Assembly: GCA_041750285.1 (NCBI GenBank)
Contig: JBGSZS010000004.1
Coordinates: forward strand, 1-64,000
Origin: Candidatus Fermentibacteraceae bacterium
GTDB taxonomy: Bacteria > Fermentibacterota > Fermentibacteria > Fermentibacterales > JCC-6
Length of the DNA: 64,000 bases
Direction: 5' to 3'
This document shows positions 18,972-29,037 of the stretch, one piece after another. The position numbers and the translations under genes are program-made. How positions within the stretch are numbered: position 1 is the first letter of the stretch; each line of letters starts with the position of its first letter. The notes beneath the pieces are model-generated. The model did not search any database. It was not told where the DNA came from and saw nothing but the letters and a program-made list of their open reading frames with translations.

Positions 18972-21602
18972 ATGAACATCCGTGGGACATGCTTATCCAT
19001 GGTCGTGCTTCTGACACTCGTCTCCGTCTCCCTCGCCGGCGTGACCGGCACTCTCACCGGCAGGGTGACCGACACCGGCGGATCCCCGGTGGTGGGAGCC
19101 ACCGTCTTGATCGAGGGAACTCAGTTCGGCGCCATGACCGACTCCGACGGCGGATATACCATCATCGCCCTCGATCCCGCGGAATACACAGTGACGGCGA
19201 GAATGGTGGGCATGGAGACACGGATGACCGACGGCGTGAACATCGTCGCCGACCAGGTAACGAGGGTGGATTTCAGGCTGGGCATAGACCCGGCGGGAAA
19301 CACCGTGATCAGGGTCACGCAGAGCCGCTCGAGCATCCTTCACGACCTTCCCGCGACCCTTCACATAATCGACCCGGATGAGCTTCACACCACACCCACT
19401 GGCCGCATAATAGACATTCTGGCATCAAAGCCCGGTGTCGTGTCGAGCGGCGGCGGCGTGCACGTGCGCGGCGGCCGGACCGGCGAGGTCGACTACCTTC
19501 TCGACGGCGTCTCGATGCGGTCGCCGATGAGCAACACATTCAGCGCCGGGATACCCCTGGGCGCCATCTCCGGGGCCTCCATCATGACGGGCGGCCTCAG
19601 CGCCGAGTACGGCAACGCAATGTCGGGCATTGTCAACCTCGTGGGCGACGAGGGCTCGGGTGAGTACCACGCCTCGCTGACCGGCTCTTACGGCGGGATG
19701 ATCTCGACTTCATCCGACGACGGCCAGCGCGTCTACATGGAGCAGACCGACACCGACTTAAGCAGGCTGGGCTGCCGCATCGCGGAAGTTAAGCTCTCGG
19801 GCCCCGAACCCCTTTCGAACACCGTTCTTCCAGCCATGGGCATCAGGCTTCCGGGCACGACAACCTTGAGCTTTTCGGGCAGGGCGAACGTCAGCGGCCG
19901 CGATACCCTCGACAGCAGGGGGTACTGGGAGAACAACTGGAACTCCGACGCCTCGGGGGTGATGAAGGTAACGTTCAGGCCCACCGCCCGCACCAGCGTC
20001 TCCGTCTCGGGCCTTTATTCCTATTCCGAACGGGGATGGAACGAGTGGGGATGGTCCCGATACCATCGCCCGGGTTACATCGGCGGCGTCCCCTACTTCG
20101 GCCGCAGCCAGGACTACGCCCTTCCCGTAAGATTCTCCGAGAACTACGGCATCAACGGAACGATCAACCGGCTGGTCACCGACCTCTCGAGCATCCGCCT
20201 CACACTGAGCTCAAGACGTTTCATGGACTGGCAGCGCATCCGTGTCGAAGATGGCGGATACCTCGGGGAGGGGCTTCCACCAAGCTACTGGCTTACCCAG
20301 TTCGTCCCCGAGGCGAGGCTGGCGGACTCCCTGGGATACTACCACACCGGCACGCACCCCAACGTCTGGCTCGACAGCAGGGCCGACGTGAACACCGTTA
20401 AGTTCGACCTCGACAGTCATCCCACGGGCAGGTTCTGGTACAAGTCGGGGGTGTCGGCGAACCTTTACGACCTTTACGAGTTCAACGTCTACGCCCTTCA
20501 GTACGGCGGGGTCTACGTTGCCCAGTGGGATGCAGAACCCCGCTCCATGGCCGGCTTCTTCCAGGGCAACCTGCGCCTCTCCGGCGGGGTCGTCGCCACC
20601 GGCGGCCTCAGGCTGGACTGGTTCGACCCGAACACAACGATGTTCTCACAGGAGGAGCTTGCCGAGGTCGAGGTCGACCCCAAGCTGCAGCTCAGCCCCA
20701 GGGTGGGGCTTTCCGTTCCCTTCGGAGAACGGTCGGTCTTCTTCACCACTTACGGGCACTATTTCCAGATGCCCCCCCTGAGCTACCTCTTCCTCGAGAG
20801 TTCCTACAACTTCTCACAGGGAAGGGCCATTACGGGCAACCCCGATCTCGACGCCGAGCGCACCAGCGCATTCGAGGTTGGCACGCGCTACATGCTCGCC
20901 GACCGCACCGAGCTGTCCATGGCCGTCTACTACAAGGACATAACCGGGCTCGTCAGCACCGAGCAGCATCTCGAGGGGGCCTACTACTACTTCGAGAACG
21001 ACGACAGCCACGGGATGGCCCGGGGCTTCGAGCTCACCCTGGGCCGGGAATCGGGCGGGACCCTTTCCGGATACGTCACCTACAGCATGGGCATTGCAAA
21101 GGGCAGGTTCTCAACAGCCTTCGATCCCTACAACTATGGCATCGGGGGCGTGGCCCTCTTCTCACGCGAGGACAACTACCTGGACTGGGACCAGTTGCAC
21201 ACCGCCGGGGCCTCGGTCCAACTCACCGGTTTTCAGGGGGACGGGCCTTCCATCGGCGGCTTCCGTCCCTTCGAGAACTCGAGCCTCGAGGTCAACTGGA
21301 ACTACGGCAGCGGGTTCCCCTACACGCTCCCCCCGAACGGTGAGGAGATCATCGCCCTGAACACCGAACGCTACCCCTACACCATGCAGACCGACCTCCG
21401 GTGCGCCAGAAGGGTTCCCCTTGCAGGCCTCGATACCGAGTTCCAACTCACGGTGCAGAACCTGTTCAACAGGCGCAATGTGTTCAGGATCTACGACACG
21501 GCGCTATTCAGGACGACAGGCGACCCCACCGGCGAGATGGGGAACCCCAGGGCATGGTCGCCCTCGCGGCTGTTCATGCTTTCCGCTTCGGTGGCTATCT
21601 AG
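18972..21602 (+). CDS. TonB-dependent receptor with N-terminal carboxypeptidase-regulatory-like domain
   Basis: Signal peptide; GTLTGRVTD..VGATV; HVRGGRTGEVDYLLDG; SPRVG; GNPDLDAERT. Confidence 0.88.
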   Translation: MNIRGTCLSMVVLLTLVSVSLAGVTGTLTGRVTDTGGSPVVGATVLIEGTQFGAMTDSDGGYTIIALDPAEYTVTARMVGMETRMTDGVNIVADQVTRVDFRLGIDPAGNTVIRVTQSRSSILHDLPATLHIIDPDELHTTPTGRIIDILASKPGVVSSGGGVHVRGGRTGEVDYLLDGVSMRSPMSNTFSAGIPLGAISGASIMTGGLSAEYGNAMSGIVNLVGDEGSGEYHASLTGSYGGMISTSSDDGQRVYMEQTDTDLSRLGCRIAEVKLSGPEPLSNTVLPAMGIRLPGTTTLSFSGRANVSGRDTLDSRGYWENNWNSDASGVMKVTFRPTARTSVSVSGLYSYSERGWNEWGWSRYHRPGYIGGVPYFGRSQDYALPVRFSENYGINGTINRLVTDLSSIRLTLSSRRFMDWQRIRVEDGGYLGEGLPPSYWLTQFVPEARLADSLGYYHTGTHPNVWLDSRADVNTVKFDLDSHPTGRFWYKSGVSANLYDLYEFNVYALQYGGVYVAQWDAEPRSMAGFFQGNLRLSGGVVATGGLRLDWFDPNTTMFSQEELAEVEVDPKLQLSPRVGLSVPFGERSVFFTTYGHYFQMPPLSYLFLESSYNFSQGRAITGNPDLDAERTSAFEVGTRYMLADRTELSMAVYYKDITGLVSTEQHLEGAYYYFENDDSHGMARGFELTLGRESGGTLSGYVTYSMGIAKGRFSTAFDPYNYGIGGVALFSREDNYLDWDQLHTAGASVQLTGFQGDGPSIGGFRPFENSSLEVNWNYGSGFPYTLPPNGEEIIALNTERYPYTMQTDLRCARRVPLAGLDTEFQLTVQNLFNRRNVFRIYDTALFRTTGDPTGEMGNPRAWSPSRLFMLSASVAI

Positions 21603-22659
21603 ACAGGTACTCTACAGCGGCATCAAGAACGGGATCGACCCCGGCCGCGAAGTCGCCGGGTGATGCCGGGACCGCAATGTCGGGTTCCAACCCCACCCCC
21701 ACAACCGGGTTCATGTCAAGATCGTAGATGACCACGCCGGGCAGGTACAGATACAACCGGGCAAGCGGGTCTGCAGAGTTCTTTATCAGGAAGGGCCGGG
21801 AGATGTCGGGCGCGCCGGCGGTCCGGTCACCCATGAGCACGACGTGTTCCGGCGGAGACATCAGCATGGCAAGCACTTCCAGAAAGCCGGAGGTGTTGCT
21901 GCCCGTCAGTACGACCACCGGTTTGGTGAACTGCCAGGCACCCTGCCTGAAGGTAGAGACAAGATCAGGCTCTTCCATTTCAAGCCTTCCGAAGCCGTTC
22001 CTGTACTGCCTGTAAAGCGCCGGGTACGACTTGTCCATGAATCTCCCGGAACACTGCAGGGCGTCGTAGAATGGCCAGCAGCTGTACCCTCCCCTGAGGT
22101 CGACTATCATGGCCGAACAATCCTCCATACCGCCCGTTGCCCAGTAGAAACTCTGCCACAAGGAAGCGCCCGCAGCTCCGGGATTGGAGGCGAAGAAGAC
22201 GTAGGCTATCGTGCCGTCAGGCCCGGTGAGTGCAGTGGTCAGCATCGAACTGCCGGGACTGGCACCCCACCTGATCATGTAGTTTTCCCAGACCTCAAGG
22301 TCGAAATTGGCGAAGCGTCCCGCATCGTAGGTGGGAAAAAAGGTTGAGTCCCGGTAGAAGAAGATCTGCCCGTCGGAGAGGGTCGAGAACATGTCGCGGG
22401 TGAGGTCGAAGAGCTCATCCCAGCCGGACAGGGCAAGGCCCGCGTCCCTTCTCTCCGAGAAGACCTGGTCCCAGTTCACATCCTGGTGCACAACGAAGGA
22501 TGAGTAATTGTGGTCGGCCAGGTACCAGGCCAGCGAGAAACCCGTAAAGAGCGAATCGGCAGTGCCCACCGAATAGGGTGACGGAAGGCAGCCCGGGGCC
22601 GAAACCATGATGCCCCCGAGCAACGCCGTGAACAGAAGGAAAGCGATCAGCTTTTTCAC
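21595..22659 (-). CDS. S41-family peptidase-like lipoprotein, copy 1
   Basis: Lipobox SAPGC; IVDLR, KPVVVLT, GDRTAGA, GVGLEPDI, DPVLDAA; GTG start with AGGAG. Confidence 0.75.
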   Translation of the reverse strand: MKKLIAFLLFTALLGGIMVSAPGCLPSPYSVGTADSLFTGFSLAWYLADHNYSSFVVHQDVNWDQVFSERRDAGLALSGWDELFDLTRDMFSTLSDGQIFFYRDSTFFPTYDAGRFANFDLEVWENYMIRWGASPGSSMLTTALTGPDGTIAYVFFASNPGAAGASLWQSFYWATGGMEDCSAMIVDLRGGYSCWPFYDALQCSGRFMDKSYPALYRQYRNGFGRLEMEEPDLVSTFRQGAWQFTKPVVVLTGSNTSGFLEVLAMLMSPPEHVVLMGDRTAGAPDISRPFLIKNSADPLARLYLYLPGVVIYDLDMNPVVGVGLEPDIAVPASPGDFAAGVDPVLDAAVEYLSR

Positions 22660-22754
22660 CTTGGTATCTCCTGTCACTGTTCACTATTGTATAATGTCGT
22701 GAAAGTATAGTTTTTACCACAGCGAAAACAATCCTTTGCGCATGGGGGGGCAAG

Positions 22755-23747
22755 ATGTTCAAAAGGAACGCCGTCAACGTGGTTGCAGTACTTGTCAGTG
22801 TCCTCCCGGCCTGCCACGATGTCACCGAATACTCCGGCACTCCCGAAGCGGGGCTCACTTTCCTGAACCCGCTCACCCTCGAGGTCGAGGGCACCCTGCC
22901 GGGAGTACCGGGAGCAGTCTCGATCTGCGCGACAGGCATGAACAACTTCTGCGTGGCAAGTTCGGAAGGAGTCCTGTACCTGTACGACGCCGTTGAGATG
23001 GCTCTCGACACATCCTTCACGATAGGCGGTCAAAGCAGCGCCGGGTACGGTTCGATGGTGTACGTCCCCTGGAAGTCTTCGCTATATGTAATCGGAACCC
23101 CGGGCAGCATAATCGAGGTGGGCCTGCCTGGCGGTGAGATCAGGGATGTGCTGACCAGCGTCAACGCGCCCTCCCGCCTTGTCACCAACCGCTCGCAGTC
23201 CTTCATGTACGTCGAAAACCCGAACGCGAACAGCGTTTTCAGGATAAGCACCACGAGCAACGGTGTGTACAGGGTGTATGAATTCGACAGGACGCCGTCC
23301 GGTGTGATATGCGGCACAGCCGGCGATGACACCCTGCTGGTAGCGACCAGCGACCCCCAGTGCATAGCGTACGTCCAGCCCGTGGATTACGCGTTCCCCA
23401 GGATTGAGCAGTTCGCCCCCGTGGTGGACATGGAGAGAAGCATTGACCACTACAGGCTCATCTACGCAGTCCGCAACGGGGACACGGGCGGAGGCGAGCT
23501 GGCCGTCGTCGATTCGCTCTTCCCCTTCAGCAGTTACACCACGGCATCCTTCCAGGGTGCACCCCGTGCGCTCCACAACCACACGGACGGGCTCCGTCTT
23601 TTCATACTGAGCGTCGTTCAGAACGGAAGCTACAGAATACACTGCTACCATCAGGATTTCGGGGAGATAGTGAACAGCGCCGACCTGCCGGGTTACCCCG
23701 TGGACATGACCAGCGCAGGTGACCGTCTGGTAATTCTTACCTACTGA
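22755..23747 (+). CDS. YncE-like beta-propeller lipoprotein, copy 1
   Basis: Lipobox LPAC; beta-rich repeats; paralog of 26287..27276. Confidence 0.65.
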   Translation: MFKRNAVNVVAVLVSVLPACHDVTEYSGTPEAGLTFLNPLTLEVEGTLPGVPGAVSICATGMNNFCVASSEGVLYLYDAVEMALDTSFTIGGQSSAGYGSMVYVPWKSSLYVIGTPGSIIEVGLPGGEIRDVLTSVNAPSRLVTNRSQSFMYVENPNANSVFRISTTSNGVYRVYEFDRTPSGVICGTAGDDTLLVATSDPQCIAYVQPVDYAFPRIEQFAPVVDMERSIDHYRLIYAVRNGDTGGGELAVVDSLFPFSSYTTASFQGAPRALHNHTDGLRLFILSVVQNGSYRIHCYHQDFGEIVNSADLPGYPVDMTSAGDRLVILTY

Positions 23748-23846
23748 CCGGAGATCTGAAGGGTCAGGTACTCGACCGCGGCGTCGAGAACGGGGTCGAC
23801 CCCGGCGGCAAAGTCGGCGGGTGAGACGGGAATGGCAATGTCGGGT
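23736..23846. repeat. 111-bp direct repeat, copy A
   Basis: Matches 25087..25197 with one mismatch. Confidence 0.9.
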
Positions 23847-24832
23847 TCCAACCCCACCCCGGCAACGGGGTTCATCGCAAGATCGTAGATGACAATGCCG
23901 GGCAGGTAGAGATACCAGCGCTCTCCGATGTTCATTGGATTGCACAGCCTGAAGGGCCGTGAAATGTCGGGAGCGCCGGCGGTCCGGTCACCCATGAACA
24001 CAACGTGTTCGGGAGGGGCCATGAGCATCGCCAGCACTTCCAGGAAGCCCGAGGTGTTGCTGCCAGTGAGAACGACCACCGGTTTGGTGAACTGCCAGCC
24101 GCCCTGCCTTGAAGTCGAGACGAGGGTCGGCGTTTCCATGTCCAGCCTTCCGAAGCCGTTCCTGTACTGCCTGTAGAGCGCGGGATAAGGCTGGTCCATG
24201 AACCTGCCCGAACACTGCAGGGCGTCGTAGAAGGACCAGCAGCCGTACCCTCCCCTGAGGTCGACTATCATGGCCGAACATTCTTCCATACCGTATGTCA
24301 TTTCAAAGAACATTTCATAGAACGGAGCCTGGTACCGGCCCAGCATGCCGGGATGGGACCCGATGAAGACATAGCCTACCGTGCTGTCCGGCCCTGTCAG
24401 CGCCGTGGTTATCCAGAATGAGGAGTCGGTCTGGGCTGCCCACCCGGTCATGTAGTCCTCCCAGACCCCCCTGTCGAAGTTGACGAAGCGCCCCGGATCG
24501 CAGGTTGGGAAAAAGGTGCTGTCGCGGTAGAAAAAGATCTGACCGTCCGAAAGGGTGGAGAACATGTCGCAGGTGAGGTCGAAGAGCTCCTCACCGTCGG
24601 ACAGGGAATGGGCCGCGTCCCTTCTCTGTTCGAAGACCATATCCCAGTTCACGTCCTGGTGAACGATGAAGGATGAGTAATGGTGGTCGGCCAGGTACCA
24701 GGCCAGCGAGAAACCCGAGAAGAGCGAATCGGGGTTGCCCACCGAGTACGGTGAAGGAAGACAGCCCGGGGCCGAAAGCATGATGCCCCCAAAAAGCGCC
24801 AGGAACAGCAGACAACCGATCAGCTTCTTCAT
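23741..24832 (-). CDS. S41-family peptidase-like lipoprotein, copy 2
   Basis: Close paralog of copy 1 with the same motifs. Confidence 0.75.
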   Translation of the reverse strand: MKKLIGCLLFLALFGGIMLSAPGCLPSPYSVGNPDSLFSGFSLAWYLADHHYSSFIVHQDVNWDMVFEQRRDAAHSLSDGEELFDLTCDMFSTLSDGQIFFYRDSTFFPTCDPGRFVNFDRGVWEDYMTGWAAQTDSSFWITTALTGPDSTVGYVFIGSHPGMLGRYQAPFYEMFFEMTYGMEECSAMIVDLRGGYGCWSFYDALQCSGRFMDQPYPALYRQYRNGFGRLDMETPTLVSTSRQGGWQFTKPVVVLTGSNTSGFLEVLAMLMAPPEHVVFMGDRTAGAPDISRPFRLCNPMNIGERWYLYLPGIVIYDLAMNPVAGVGLEPDIAIPVSPADFAAGVDPVLDAAVEYLTLQISGQ

Positions 24833-24927
24833 GATTGCGTCTCCGGTTTCCGTTCAGTACTGCATAATGTCGCAATAGTATAGCCATTCAAGCAACGAAA
24901 ACAATCCTTTGCGCATGGGAGGGCAAC

Positions 24928-25098
24928 ATACAGGAAGGAAGTGCTGCAATTGTCATCCAGACCATCCATGATGCAACTCAGTACTCCGGCGCCCGGCACT
25001 GTGGACGATGCGCCTTTTCCCTTCAGCAGCCGTGAAACAGCCGTCACCGCTCAGAGATAACCGGCAACGGCGACCGTCTGGTGGTACTTACCTACTGA
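24928..25098 (+). pseudogene. Internally deleted remnant of a propeller-lipoprotein gene
   Basis: Upstream region like that of 22755 but ATA replaces ATG; fragments encode HDATQYSG, FPFSS and GDRLVVLTY*. Confidence 0.75.
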
Positions 25099-25197
25099 CC
25101 GGAGATCTGAAGGGTCAGGTACTCGACCGCGGCGTCGAGAACGGGGTCGACCCCGGCGGCAAAGTCGGCGGGTGAGACGGGAACGGCAATGTCGGGT
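25087..25197. repeat. 111-bp direct repeat, copy B
   Basis: Matches 23736..23846 with one mismatch. Confidence 0.9.
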
Positions 25198-26168
25198 GCG
25201 ATGCCGACGCCGTTCTGAACGTTCATTTCAGTGTCGTACACCACGAACCCCGGAAGGTAGAGCCAGGTCGATCCCTGTCCGGATGCCTCGTTGAGAAGGT
25301 ATGGGCTGCCTACGTCGGGCGCTCCGAATGTGCTGTCGCCCATGAGGACAACATTGTCCTGCGTCAAAAGCATCAGGGTCAGGAGCTCCGCCGCCCCGGC
25401 GGTTCCACGGCCGACAAGCACGACCACCGGTATATCGAACTGCCAGCTCCCGTTCTTCGTCACGGTGACGGCGCTTGGTTCCTCCATGTCGAACCTTCCG
25501 GGTCCGGTGCGGAACTGCCTGTAAAAAGCCAGTATGCCGCCGTCGGACACGAACCGGCCCACCGTGTTGTACGCGCTCATGAAGTCGCCCGTGCCGCCGC
25601 TGGCCCTGAGATCGAGAATGACTCCCGAGCATTCCCTGACGGAAACGGTCATGTAGAGGAAATCGGCCCAGCTGTACCTGTCGCCCATGTCGGGGAGTAA
25701 CAGGTACCCCATCGTGCTGTCCGGGGTTACGAAGGCCCAGCCGAAATCAAAGAGCTCCTGCCAGTACTCGAAGCCCCACTGGTCTGCGTAACCCTGCCAG
25801 ACCACCGGATCGAAGTTCTCGAAGAAGCCGGGGTCGTACGGCCTTGTCAGAACCCCGGACGTTCCGAGCATGACCTGGCCGTTCTGAAGCTCGGCAAGCA
25901 TCCCGGAAACGACCTCCAGCAGCTCTTCATGATCGGTGAGCGCAAGGGCCTCCCCCCTCCACCGGGAAAAGACCTCGTCCCAGTCGGTGCCGGGATTGGT
26001 GACGAATGATGCGTGATTGGCATTGGCAAGGTCCCATGCGAGAACGAACTCGGAGTAGAGGGAATCGGGGGTTCCCACGGAATACGGCGAGGAAGCGCTG
26101 CAGGAAGCGGAAGCCGCGAGTGCGAAAACAACGGCAGCAGCGAAAAGCGCCGCAAGTATCCTCAACAT
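25092..26168 (-). CDS. S41-family peptidase-like lipoprotein, copy 3
   Basis: Signal peptide ending ASASC; ILDLR, PVVVLVG, GVGIAPDI; start moved to MLRILAAL. Confidence 0.75.
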   Translation of the reverse strand: MLRILAALFAAAVVFALAASASCSASSPYSVGTPDSLYSEFVLAWDLANANHASFVTNPGTDWDEVFSRWRGEALALTDHEELLEVVSGMLAELQNGQVMLGTSGVLTRPYDPGFFENFDPVVWQGYADQWGFEYWQELFDFGWAFVTPDSTMGYLLLPDMGDRYSWADFLYMTVSVRECSGVILDLRASGGTGDFMSAYNTVGRFVSDGGILAFYRQFRTGPGRFDMEEPSAVTVTKNGSWQFDIPVVVLVGRGTAGAAELLTLMLLTQDNVVLMGDSTFGAPDVGSPYLLNEASGQGSTWLYLPGFVVYDTEMNVQNGVGIAPDIAVPVSPADFAAGVDPVLDAAVEYLTLQISGQ

Positions 26169-26286
26169 GGTCTCTCCCCCCGGTATGGCGTTGGAACAGG
26201 GAATGAGCTGTAGCTGTGCATGAACTTTTGGTATTATACTTGAGCGAAGCAACGTGACAAACTCACAGGCGGAACGGGAGGCCGTA

Positions 26287-27276
26287 TTGAACCGATCGCT
26301 ACTGACATGCGCAGCGGCAGTTCTCATGACGGCATGCAGCAACTTCACCGAGTACTCGGGCACCCCTTCCGCGGGCCTTCTCATCATCGACCCCGACAAC
26401 CTCGTGCTACTCGGGACCCTCGACGGGATCGAAGGCGGCAGGGCCCTGTGCGCCGGTTTTGATAGCGAGTTCTTCGTATCGAGCTCCTCGGGAGAGCTTC
26501 ACGTCTTCAATGCCTCAACCGCAGCGCAAGACACATCCTTCGTGATCGGTCCCGGCTCAAGCGCGGGTTACGGCAGCATGGCCTTCGTTCCCATGAAGAA
26601 CTCGGTCTACATCATTGGCGCCCTGGGCACCATCCTCGAGGTGGACATCGAAGCCCGTTCAGTTGCCGACGAGTTCACAGTGGGCTCCTCCCCTTCCTTC
26701 ATCACACCTTCGAGGAGTTTCGACTTCGTCTTCGTCACCGATCCTTTGAACAACAAGGTCCACGCGGTCAGAACCACCAGCAACACGGTTCAGAAGACCT
26801 GGCTGTTCGCGCACACCCCCACCGTCATGCTCGACAACACGATGGGAAACGACACCCTGCTGATTTCCACCAACGACCCGAGAGGGGTTGCCTACGTCCA
26901 GCCCGGTGATTTCTCAAGCCCAGGCAGGAAGGTCAGCCTTCCCCCTGCGTCGGACATGGCCCGCTCAGACTTCCTCAACCTAATGTTCGCGGCTCACCCG
27001 AGGTACGGTTATTCAACGGGAACGGTCTCGGTCATCGACTCGCTCTTCCCGGCCTTCAGCGTAAGGAACACGGTGACCGTACCGGGGAACCCGGCCTTCG
27101 TCACCACCCACGGCGACGGCCTGCACCTTCTCATCCTCTCCACGGGCGACTCCGGCGGCTGCACCCTCTACTCCTACCACCTTACCCAGTCCGCCCTGGT
27201 GAACAGCGTCGACCTGCCGGGCACACCGGTGGACATGATAATGGCGGGCGACCGCCTGGTGATCCTCACGTACTGA
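26287..27276 (+). CDS. YncE-like beta-propeller lipoprotein, copy 3
   Basis: TTG start after GGAGG; lipobox LMTAC; ends GDRLVILTY like copy 1. Confidence 0.65.
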   Translation: MNRSLLTCAAAVLMTACSNFTEYSGTPSAGLLIIDPDNLVLLGTLDGIEGGRALCAGFDSEFFVSSSSGELHVFNASTAAQDTSFVIGPGSSAGYGSMAFVPMKNSVYIIGALGTILEVDIEARSVADEFTVGSSPSFITPSRSFDFVFVTDPLNNKVHAVRTTSNTVQKTWLFAHTPTVMLDNTMGNDTLLISTNDPRGVAYVQPGDFSSPGRKVSLPPASDMARSDFLNLMFAAHPRYGYSTGTVSVIDSLFPAFSVRNTVTVPGNPAFVTTHGDGLHLLILSTGDSGGCTLYSYHLTQSALVNSVDLPGTPVDMIMAGDRLVILTY

Positions 27277-28190
27277 TGGGCACCGCAAACGCCATCACCC
27301 TGAGGGGTGTTTCCAAGAGCTACGGAAGCGTCAGGGCACTTGCCGATCTCGACCTTGAGATCCCCGAAGGATCGGCCATGGCCGTACTGGGCGAGAACGG
27401 CGCCGGCAAGACCACACTTATCAGGATCGTCCTCGGGCTTGCATCGCGTGATTCGGGATGGGCAGCCATCCGCGACACCGACAGCAGGGACCATCTTGCC
27501 AGACGGAGGGTCCGCTACCTTCCCGAACGGGTGCAGTTCCCCGAATGGGCCACACCCCGCGATGTCTTCAGGCACATCGAGAGGGTAAGGCACGAGTCGA
27601 GCCCCGGGGATTTCATCGAGCGGGCGAACGAGCTCCAGTGCGGCGACCTCCTTGGCAGGAAGTTCGGGAAGATGTCGAAAGGGCAGCGTCAAAGGCTCGC
27701 CCTTGCCCTTGCCACGGCAGGGAAGCCCGATATTGCGATACTCGACGAGCCATCCTCGGGGCTCGACCCCATGGGCCGCATCCTAGTTCGTAAAACGGTG
27801 GCCAAACTGGCTTCGGGGGGGACCACCATACTTCTCTGCTCGCATCTCCTTGGTGAGGTCGAACAGGTATGCACGCACGCCGCCTTCCTCAACAAGGGCC
27901 GTCTGGTTGCCAACGACAGCCTCGAGAACCTTTCCAGGTTCACGGGGGCCGCCGAGATCCAGACTCAGGAGCCTGGCAGGATGACCGAAGAACTAGGCAG
28001 GGCCGGTTTCTCGTGCAGAACCGAGCAGGGTTCCGTCATCGCGGTGCTCTCCGAAGACGGAACGATAGCCGGGCTCGCGTCGGCCGCTGCGAATTCGGGT
28101 GTTCCCTTCACCGGGATACAGATGAAGCGCGAAACCCTCGAAGATGTTTTCATGAGGGTCACGGAACGGGGTGAACAGGTTGTTCCTTAA
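27276..28190 (+). CDS. ABC-2 type transporter ATP-binding protein
   Basis: GENGAGKT, MSKGQRQR, ILDEP, SH motifs. Confidence 0.9.
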   Translation: MGTANAITLRGVSKSYGSVRALADLDLEIPEGSAMAVLGENGAGKTTLIRIVLGLASRDSGWAAIRDTDSRDHLARRRVRYLPERVQFPEWATPRDVFRHIERVRHESSPGDFIERANELQCGDLLGRKFGKMSKGQRQRLALALATAGKPDIAILDEPSSGLDPMGRILVRKTVAKLASGGTTILLCSHLLGEVEQVCTHAAFLNKGRLVANDSLENLSRFTGAAEIQTQEPGRMTEELGRAGFSCRTEQGSVIAVLSEDGTIAGLASAAANSGVPFTGIQMKRETLEDVFMRVTERGEQVVP

Positions 28191-29031
28191 CGCGTTCGAG
28201 CATCTGCTCCGAAGAAGGCTTCTCACAGTGGCCCTAATCGTCTTCGCCGTGTTCATGCTTCTTTTCTGGTGGGGTCTTTCGAGTTCGGCGAAGGCTGCCG
28301 GCGGCTTTCACGACGAGTCCGGAGAGGGGATGAACGGCCTGATGACCCCCGATGACAAGGCCTGGATGGCCATGGCAACGGCCGGTCCGATGCTTGCCAC
28401 GATCCTCATCGGACTCACGATCATCCTTGGCTCAAGCGTCCTCCCCGATGAGATCGCCTCGGGCAGGCTTTCACTGTGGGCAAGCCTGCCCCAGTCCCGA
28501 AGAAGGCTCTACACAAGCACCACACTGGCGCCTCTGGCTCTTTCCACTGCCATGGGATACCTGTTCTTCATCACAGCCGCCCTGCTCATAAGGGCATACT
28601 TTCCATTCACCCCTGCGAACCTGCCGCTTGCCCTGGTTGCGATGCCGGTCTGGATCGCCGTGACATGGGCGGCCGTCACAACCCTCTCACTCATGATGGG
28701 AAAGATCCCCGCCATGCTCGTCACGTTCATCCTGGGGGGCTTCAGCGCCACTATGGGCAGCATCGTCGAACTTGGAAAAACGATACCCGAAGTTGGCGAG
28801 TCGGGGATCTACAAGGTGGCCAACACGGTCACGATGGTTTTCCCGATAGACAGGGGCTACCGGGCGATCCTGGCGGGTCTTCTCCCCGCCCGGACAACCA
28901 TAGACGAGTTCCTCGCCCTCATGGGTTACTCCGGCACGGTGTCACCGGCGGAACTCCTCTACCCCCTGATCTGGTCGATGCTGGTCATCTTTTTGGGTTT
29001 CGTGCTCTTCAGGAGGATGGAGGTTCAGTAG
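28171..29031 (+). CDS. ABC-2 type transporter permease
   Basis: About six TM segments; DEIASGRL..LPQSR; C-terminal FRRMEV. Confidence 0.8.
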   Translation: MNRLFLNAFEHLLRRRLLTVALIVFAVFMLLFWWGLSSSAKAAGGFHDESGEGMNGLMTPDDKAWMAMATAGPMLATILIGLTIILGSSVLPDEIASGRLSLWASLPQSRRRLYTSTTLAPLALSTAMGYLFFITAALLIRAYFPFTPANLPLALVAMPVWIAVTWAAVTTLSLMMGKIPAMLVTFILGGFSATMGSIVELGKTIPEVGESGIYKVANTVTMVFPIDRGYRAILAGLLPARTTIDEFLALMGYSGTVSPAELLYPLIWSMLVIFLGFVLFRRMEVQ

Positions 29032-29037
29032 GGCCGG

